A stretch of 64,000 nt of DNA from the NCBI GenBank assembly GCA_054600435.1, contig BAAIJX010000028.1, forward strand, positions 124,001 through 188,000, read 5' to 3'. The notes under the pieces were generated by a model. The model was not told where the DNA came from. It searched no databases and saw nothing but the letters and a program-made list of their open reading frames with translations. The DNA comes from Neophaeotheca triangularis (lineage: Eukaryota). A program made the position numbers and the translations under genes. Below are positions 57,829 to 64,000 of the stretch, in pieces; the first letter of the stretch is position 1; each line of letters opens with the position of its first letter.

Positions 57829-60417
57829 ATGCGTTTCGACGTGCCACTCGTTTCCGCTGGCCTCATCGGCGCGGCCACTGCCTCCTGGGTTCCCGCCCCC
57901 GAGGGTGCCTACAAGCGCCACGACGACAAGAAGCCTCACATCGCCCCTCACTGGGGTTTCGCTCAGAAGCAGTACGATGCTCCTCAGGGCTACGCCCCCG
58001 AGGGCACCGGCAGCGCTGGCCCGACCGCTCCCGTCGTAGGAAGCAGCACCGATGCGCCAGTTGAGCCCGTCGAGACTGCTCCCCCGGCTCCCGTTACCGT
58101 GACCGAGACCGTCGACTCGACCATCTACGTCTGTCCCACCGGCGCTCCTTTCGAGCCCATCGTCTCCACCACCGTCATCCCTCACGTCTCGACCATGACC
58201 ATGAGCGAGAGCGTCCCGGTTGTCACTGGCGAGCCCCCCGTTGACGGCCAGCCCCAGGAAGATGTCACCTCGACCGAGAACATCATCTCCTACATCACTA
58301 CCACCAGCTTCGAGACTCAGATCACCACTTTGACTTCTGATGCTCCAGTGGTCCCTGTCCCCACCGACGACGAGTCCCCCGAGGTTCCCCAAGAGACCGC
58401 CACCCCCGAGGTCCCCGCTGACCAGGACACTACCCTCACCACCACTGTCGCGGCCACTGAGACCCAGCGCGCTACCGAGTCCTTGACTTTGGTCGGCACT
58501 CAGTCCCAGGCTCCTTCCTACCCCGTCGTGAACGGCACTCAGGGTGAGGTTATCCCCACCACCTCTGATGCCTTCTACGGCACTGCGCCCAACGAGGTCA
58601 CCACCTCTGAGCAGTCCGCCGTCGTCACTTCCGGCACCCAGGTCATCTCCACCGACGACGCGGTTGTAGAGACCACCGCCAGCACCGCCCCTGCCGTTAC
58701 CGTCAGCAGCGTTGACGACAACAGCAACGTCGTCTCCACCTCTGCCGTTGAGTCTTCCAGCGTTGTTGCCAGCAGCACCACTGCCAGCGCTTCCGCCTCT
58801 GCCACCGCTGATGCCACCAACGGCGACTGCTCCGAGCTGTGCTCCAACATCGAGTTCTCCAACCCTGATGTCCGCGCCTGGACCTGCTCCCGTGTCGCTG
58901 CCAACACCGAAACCGACACTGCTGAATTCCAGTCTTCCGTTGGCTGCGCCGCCACCTTCACCCCTCCCGTTGACATCTGCCGTGTCACCATGACCATTGC
59001 CACCTCCGACCAGACCACGACCTACATGGAAGTCTTCCTTCCTGACGGTGAGGAGTGGAACGGCCGTATGATGAGCTCCGACAACGGTGGTGTTAACGGC
59101 TGTGTTCACTACGTCGACATGACTTACGTTCTCGGCAAGGGTTTCGCCGTCGCTGGTGACAACGGTGGCCACAACAGCTCTTCCTTCGACGGCACTGCCT
59201 TCAACAACAACGTTGATGCTGTCGTTGACTGGTCTTACCGCTCCCGTCACGCCGCTGCCGTCGCCGGTAAGGAGGTCATCAACTCCTACTACTCCAACGA
59301 CTACAGTTACTCCTACTACCTCGGCTGCTCCACTGGTGGTCGCCAGGGTCTCAAGTCCGCCCAGGAATTCCCCAACGACTTTGACGGTATCATTGCCGGT
59401 TCCTCCGCTGGTGACTTCAACAACCTCGAGTACTGGTCCGGCCGCTTCGTTCAGATCACTGGTCTCGACGAGAGCAACCCCAGCTTCTTGACTTTGCCCC
59501 AGTGGGAGCTTGTTCACCAGGCCAACCTTGACCAATGCGACGAGGCGCTCGACGGTGTTGCTGACGGTATCATCGAGGACGCCACTCTCTGTTTCCCCAC
59601 CTTCGAGTCCATCACTTGCGACCAGAGCGACGACGAGAACTGCCTGTCTTCCACCCAGCTCGAGACTGTTAACCAGGTCTTCAGCCCCGCTCTTGACCCC
59701 GATGGTGGCCTTATCTTCCCCCGCCTGCAGCCTGGCTCTGAAATCGACGCCTGGAGGCTCGGCACGCTCTCCGGCTCCGTCCAGGGCATCGTCCAGGACT
59801 GGTTCCAATACGCTGTGCTCAACGACGACAGCTTCAACGCCGTTGACCTCACCTACGACGACTTGCTCCAGGCCCGCCAGATGGACGCCCAGAACGGCTA
59901 CGTCTCCTCGTACGACTCTGACCTCTCTGCGCTCGAGGCCTCTGGCTCCAAGCTCCTCATGTACCACGGTCAGGCCGACCCCAACATTAGCGGTCTCGGC
60001 AGCCAGCGCTACTACCTCGACGTCGCCCGCACCATGGGCTACGGCTACGAGCAACTCGACGACTTCTTCCGCTTCTTCCGTATCTCTGGCCAGGCTCACT
60101 GCAGCATTGGCGGTGTTACCGGCGAGGGCGCCTGGGCTATCGGTCAATCTGGTCTCGCTTCCGGCGGTGAGGGTAACGTCATCGACTCCCTCGTCGACTG
60201 GGTCGAGAACGACAACGCTCCCACCACCATCCTCGGCACCAAGTTCAACGACCTTAACGACAAGTCCGCCGGCTTCGAGATTGTCCGTCCCCACTGCCGC
60301 TTCCCCTTCCGCACCACTTACACTGGTGGTGACGCTTCCGGCCCCGACGCCTGGGACTGCGTCCTCATCGAGAACTGGCAGTCGTGCGACGGCAGCGACG
60401 GCGTTCGTCTCTGCTAA
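57829..60417 (+). CDS. Secreted tannase / feruloyl esterase family enzyme with a long N-terminal Ser/Thr/Pro/Glu-rich stalk
   Basis: Signal peptide; catalytic region with DNGH-like DNGGH, YYLGCSTGGRQG, KLLMYHGQADP and FFRISGQAHC (CS-D-HC arrangement); 862 aa, intronless, strong codon bias. Confidence 0.95.
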   Translation: MRFDVPLVSAGLIGAATASWVPAPEGAYKRHDDKKPHIAPHWGFAQKQYDAPQGYAPEGTGSAGPTAPVVGSSTDAPVEPVETAPPAPVTVTETVDSTIYVCPTGAPFEPIVSTTVIPHVSTMTMSESVPVVTGEPPVDGQPQEDVTSTENIISYITTTSFETQITTLTSDAPVVPVPTDDESPEVPQETATPEVPADQDTTLTTTVAATETQRATESLTLVGTQSQAPSYPVVNGTQGEVIPTTSDAFYGTAPNEVTTSEQSAVVTSGTQVISTDDAVVETTASTAPAVTVSSVDDNSNVVSTSAVESSSVVASSTTASASASATADATNGDCSELCSNIEFSNPDVRAWTCSRVAANTETDTAEFQSSVGCAATFTPPVDICRVTMTIATSDQTTTYMEVFLPDGEEWNGRMMSSDNGGVNGCVHYVDMTYVLGKGFAVAGDNGGHNSSSFDGTAFNNNVDAVVDWSYRSRHAAAVAGKEVINSYYSNDYSYSYYLGCSTGGRQGLKSAQEFPNDFDGIIAGSSAGDFNNLEYWSGRFVQITGLDESNPSFLTLPQWELVHQANLDQCDEALDGVADGIIEDATLCFPTFESITCDQSDDENCLSSTQLETVNQVFSPALDPDGGLIFPRLQPGSEIDAWRLGTLSGSVQGIVQDWFQYAVLNDDSFNAVDLTYDDLLQARQMDAQNGYVSSYDSDLSALEASGSKLLMYHGQADPNISGLGSQRYYLDVARTMGYGYEQLDDFFRFFRISGQAHCSIGGVTGEGAWAIGQSGLASGGEGNVIDSLVDWVENDNAPTTILGTKFNDLNDKSAGFEIVRPHCRFPFRTTYTGGDASGPDAWDCVLIENWQSCDGSDGVRLC

Positions 60418-60881
60418 GCGACTCACCCGGTCAAGCCTCTTCTTTTCCTATGTCACTGTGTAAATCTCGCTACATATAGAAAGATGAGTGGAGGATAGAG
60501 CACATGTATAAGATGAGAAGAGGAAGTGCGTGGAGGAATGCATATGGATGGGAGAGGGACGATGGAACGAAGCATGTCCAAGACTTCCCTTTTTTCTCCC
60601 CAGAGCGAGCGAGCAATGCAAACACATTAGCTGCTGCTAGCTTCGTTTTGCATCTCTTATTTTTACCTTTTTTCTTATATATATTCTTCTTTAAACTGTT
60701 AGTGTAATCCTTCTTCACTTCTCACGTTTACCCTGCACATTGGTGGTGGGCGATGTACTTGTCTCCATTTACCTCATTTCCCTACCTACCTACCTACAGC
60801 CCTCAAAATGACAGCAAAACCCCACACTGCTACCTAGTGAGTGTGAAGCGTACACCCGTCCCCGATCGGTTGGTCGGTCGA

Positions 60882-60960
60882 TAGGTAGGTAGGTAGGTAG
60901 GTAGGTAGGTAGGTAGGTAGGTAGGTAGGTGCCTCGATCGGTTTCAAAAAAAAAAAAAAA
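60882..60960. repeat. (TAGG)n microsatellite followed by an A15 tract
   Basis: About 12 TAGG units at 60882-60930 and poly-A at 60946-60960. Confidence 0.92.
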
Positions 60961-61079
60961 CGTCCGTCTGTACAATGTCTCTCTTTGCTGCTGGACTTTC
61001 GGTCGCTGTCGCTGTCTCTCTCTCTTCTGTCTCTCTCTCTGTGGTGGGTATGCTATAGTAGGTATGCTACAGCAGGTAT

Positions 61080-61175
61080 GCCGTAGAAGGCACGCTGTAG
61101 AATGCTTGCTGTAGAATGCTCGCTACGGAATGCTTTGCTACGGAATGCTCGCTACAAGATACTTGCTTTGCTACA
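61080..61175. repeat. Degenerate 14-15 bp minisatellite (GCTGTAGAATGCTY / GCTACGGAATGCTY)
   Basis: 4 clear units plus 2-3 degenerate ones. Confidence 0.8.
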
Positions 61176-61492
61176 AAACCCTTATTGCATCCAAACCTCC
61201 TAGCAGCGAGCGAGTCGTCCATGCCGTCTTCTTCCAAGACAGAGAGAAAGGGGAGGAAAAAAGAGAAAAAAGGACGAATGCATCGACAGCGAGCGGTGCG
61301 GTGACGCGGTTTAGCGCGTCCTCCAACCCCAGCGATCACTCTCAAGACCTCCCTCCGATGCCAAAGTCCCTGTGCTGCGCCGTTCTAACCCCTCCCATCC
61401 TCCCCTACCAACCTTTCTTGCTAGTTCAGTACCAACATATAAGTAAACACACTCCCCCCACGTCCAGCTCGCCCGAAAAGGCATTCAATCCC

Positions 61493-64000
61493 TCAACCCG
61501 ACAACTTCTCCAACTCGCCCACAGCCTTCTCCAACTTGCCCTTCTCCAAAACCAACGTCGCGCGCCTCAACCCCCTCCCGGCATCCTCGGCCAAAAGCAC
61601 CTCGCAAGCCCCCTCATCCCACGTCCGCAACTTCTCCCTAATCTCCAACCCCAAGCCCTTGCGTAAAGTCTCCACAAGCCCCAGCTCAAGCTGTCCCACC
61701 ACGGCGTCGACGAAACGCGCAGAAGCGAGGTCGTAGTACGCGAGCGGCGTGACGAGAGCTTCGAGTTGCGTGGCGAATGGGTCGGCGGGGAGGCGGTGCC
61801 AGCCTGGGTTTTCGAGGGTTTTCTTGCGCCGTTCGCTTTCCGCGGGCAGTTTGGAAGTGCTGGCTATGTTTTGATGGTGCTCGAGGATGCGCTGGTCGGT
61901 GCGGTCGGCGACGAGGCTGGCGCGGACGAGCTCGCGGGCCGGGCGCATGTCTTGGAGCGTGGCGGGTTTGAGGCGCTCCACGGCGAGGAGGTGGTCGAGC
62001 GCGGTTTTTTGGACTGCCATGATCGTTTCGAAGTAGGCGAGGGCGGATTCGGTGGTTTTCTTTGAGAGCTGGGTGTGCTTGCGCGTGGTCAGCGTTTTGG
62101 TGATGGTGGTTTTGAGCATTCTGCTGAATAGAGTGGCGACGTCGTGTTTTACTTTCTTTACGAGACTGGGCCAGCCGCGCATGGTCATAGAGATGATGTG
62201 TTCGGTTACGAGAGGTGAGATTTGCCCTGGGATTCCAGAGGTGGATCCGTTCTCGTAGAGGTCTTTGATCTCTTGGATGGTGATGGTCATTGGCGTCTTA
62301 TCGGAGGCTGGCGTGGAGGGAGTAGTAGCTGACTCGGTGAACTCCCGCTTCACATTGACGCCGTTTGCGCGAGAGGCTGCCGGAGTCCGAACAGGTGTTG
62401 CGCCATTGCGGCCATTGGTGCGAGCTGGTGGAGTCTTGCGCTTTGAAGGAGTCGAGGCCATGCTTTCGTCGTGTTCATCATCATCATCATCATCACTAAT
62501 TTCTGTTACCGCAGCGACGAAGCCCGGGCTAGCGAGTTTGACTTTCGGGCGGGCATCGAGTAGAGATGCTTTGAAGTTCCTGAGTACCTCCTGGTAGGCG
62601 GTCCGGAACCGGTTGGTGAGTCCGTCGCCGGCAAGGTGATTGTCGATCTCGCGGATGACATCGCTGAGCTCGGATTCGACGGTAAGACGAGTGTTCTGAG
62701 GTTGCTCGGGGAAGCCGGCTAGTTCATCGCAAACAACCTGGTACTGGCGGTCGACACGTTCAGTAATCTCGGGAAGATCTTGCAGGATGAAGCTTCTCAA
62801 CGTCTGAGACATTGCACTCTGCAGGTGGGTGATGCCGAAGAGCGCTGAGAATTGACCGAGAGCGCCGCGTTGGCCCCAGACATTCGAGTTTTTGAAGAAT
62901 GCGCGTTCCATGTCACGAGCACTTGCATGGGTGACGCCGCTGTCCAAGTCTTGCTGCGAGGCGCACTTGACCACCATCCAGCCCTGCTCGAGCTTGAACT
63001 TGTCGCCCTTCAACACGTCTCTCACGAAGCCCACTCTAGCAGAGTTGAGGAGGTCAGGTTTCGTGAGGACTCCCATGCAGCGATCAACGGCTTTACAGTG
63101 TCTGATGAAGCGGAAAGTCGTCGAATTTTCAAAATCCTGGTCTGCAGAGCACGCTAGGAGGATGAGTGTCTTGGCTTGTTCTAGGTATGTCTTGATCAGG
63201 GTTTCGACCGTGTGGACGAGGTAGTCGTCTGCGGCATCCTCGGCCACATTGATTGCACCCGGGAGGTCGTAGAAACTCATAGGTAGGAGGCCAGGACCTT
63301 CAATGTCCAAGGTAACGACGTTGGGCGAGAACATCGCTCTGTTCTTCTTGACGGCTTGAGGAGTGTTGAAGATCTTGTGTGCATCGTCGTTTGGGTTAAG
63401 AACGACCATCTGCGCTCTACGAAGCGTCTCGGCAAGCTCTTCTTTGGCATAGACAGTCCTCAAGTGCGTAAGCTCGGGGGTCTCGAGGCGCCACCAGTGG
63501 TCAAAGGCATTCTGTTCGTCTGCACGGACGCTGGAGTCGAACGAATACGCCTTGCGCACAGACACGCTGCAGCTCCATTGCGTACCTTCTTTCGTAGTGA
63601 TCTGGAAGGGGCAGCGAGTACAGGTGCCGGCAGCACGTGGCAAGGTGATGTCGCAGGTAGCCTCAATGACTGAAGACTTGCCGGCAGATTGATCGCCGAC
63701 AACAACAAACCTGGGCAGGGAGGGAAGAGTGTTGTCAATACCCAAATCTTCCAACTTCTGAATAGTCTGGATGAACAGGCTGGAGTCGCGGCCAAGAGCC
63801 TTGAGGTGGTCGTCTTGATCTGAGCGCAGTGTTAGATAGTGCCCAAGGCCTACTTGGAAGGCAGTCGACTTACTGTTGGTCGTGGCATCGCCCGTAGTAG
63901 TCGTGCCTGACATGTGCACATCACCACCACCATCGGCGACCGTGTCACCTGGAGAAGCGAAAGCCTGGCACTCAAGGGTAGGCGTGTTGCGCGCAGTGAG
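61493..64000 (-). CDS. Dynamin-superfamily (Mx-like) GTPase; N-terminus may lie beyond the window
   Basis: G1 GDQSAGKSS, G2 GTCTR, G3 DLPG, G4 TKPD and a C-terminal GED-like YYDLASARFVD...LLAED; the frame is open from 64000. Confidence 0.92.
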   Translation of the reverse strand, partial: LTARNTPTLECQAFASPGDTVADGGGDVHMSGTTTTGDATTNSKSTAFQVGLGHYLTLRSDQDDHLKALGRDSSLFIQTIQKLEDLGIDNTLPSLPRFVVVGDQSAGKSSVIEATCDITLPRAAGTCTRCPFQITTKEGTQWSCSVSVRKAYSFDSSVRADEQNAFDHWWRLETPELTHLRTVYAKEELAETLRRAQMVVLNPNDDAHKIFNTPQAVKKNRAMFSPNVVTLDIEGPGLLPMSFYDLPGAINVAEDAADDYLVHTVETLIKTYLEQAKTLILLACSADQDFENSTTFRFIRHCKAVDRCMGVLTKPDLLNSARVGFVRDVLKGDKFKLEQGWMVVKCASQQDLDSGVTHASARDMERAFFKNSNVWGQRGALGQFSALFGITHLQSAMSQTLRSFILQDLPEITERVDRQYQVVCDELAGFPEQPQNTRLTVESELSDVIREIDNHLAGDGLTNRFRTAYQEVLRNFKASLLDARPKVKLASPGFVAAVTEISDDDDDDEHDESMASTPSKRKTPPARTNGRNGATPVRTPAASRANGVNVKREFTESATTPSTPASDKTPMTITIQEIKDLYENGSTSGIPGQISPLVTEHIISMTMRGWPSLVKKVKHDVATLFSRMLKTTITKTLTTRKHTQLSKKTTESALAYFETIMAVQKTALDHLLAVERLKPATLQDMRPARELVRASLVADRTDQRILEHHQNIASTSKLPAESERRKKTLENPGWHRLPADPFATQLEALVTPLAYYDLASARFVDAVVGQLELGLVETLRKGLGLEIREKLRTWDEGACEVLLAEDAGRGLRRATLVLEKGKLEKAVGELEKLSG

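Noticed and set aside
57817..60426. 869-aa antisense ORF covering the tannase gene
   Set aside because: It mirrors the sense frame almost exactly; strong codon bias (near absence of TTA/CTA/TCA codons) removes antisense stops, and it has no motifs

Overview
Gene-dense window from a filamentous ascomycete genome; a Dothideomycete is plausible but this is inference. It has short spliceosomal introns with CTRAY-type branch points and about 24 protein-coding genes. No rRNA, tRNA, CRISPR array or intact transposon was seen. The left part (0-32 kb) holds a Zn2Cys6 factor, a MARVEL protein, a cutinase, a DUF3328/UstYa-type oxidase convergent with an intron-split secreted 10-Cys heptad-repeat protein, an aquaporin, a heme-thiolate peroxygenase, a FucP-type MFS permease, a MYND-finger protein, MRPL6, a Kar5-like protein and an Rsm1/NIPA-like protein. 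The centre (32.2-50.0 kb) is a complete N-acetylglucosamine utilisation cluster: GH3-GNAT nag3/NGS1, dac1, dam1, ngt1, hxk3 and Ndt80-like ron1. It is arranged as divergent gene pairs and contains an extra, uncharacterised secreted protein of about 550 aa that shares a palindrome-rich promoter with the kinase. The right part holds a second Zn2Cys6 factor, a low-complexity gene-free stretch, a tannase/feruloyl esterase with a long Ser/Thr-rich stalk, and a dynamin/Mx-like GTPase whose frame is open to the window edge. The two best candidates for undescribed biology are the DUF3328 plus cysteine-ladder secreted protein pair (7.4-9.2 kb) and the extra secreted protein inside the GlcNAc cluster (43.2-45.1 kb). 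All gene models were spliced by eye and no database searches were run.
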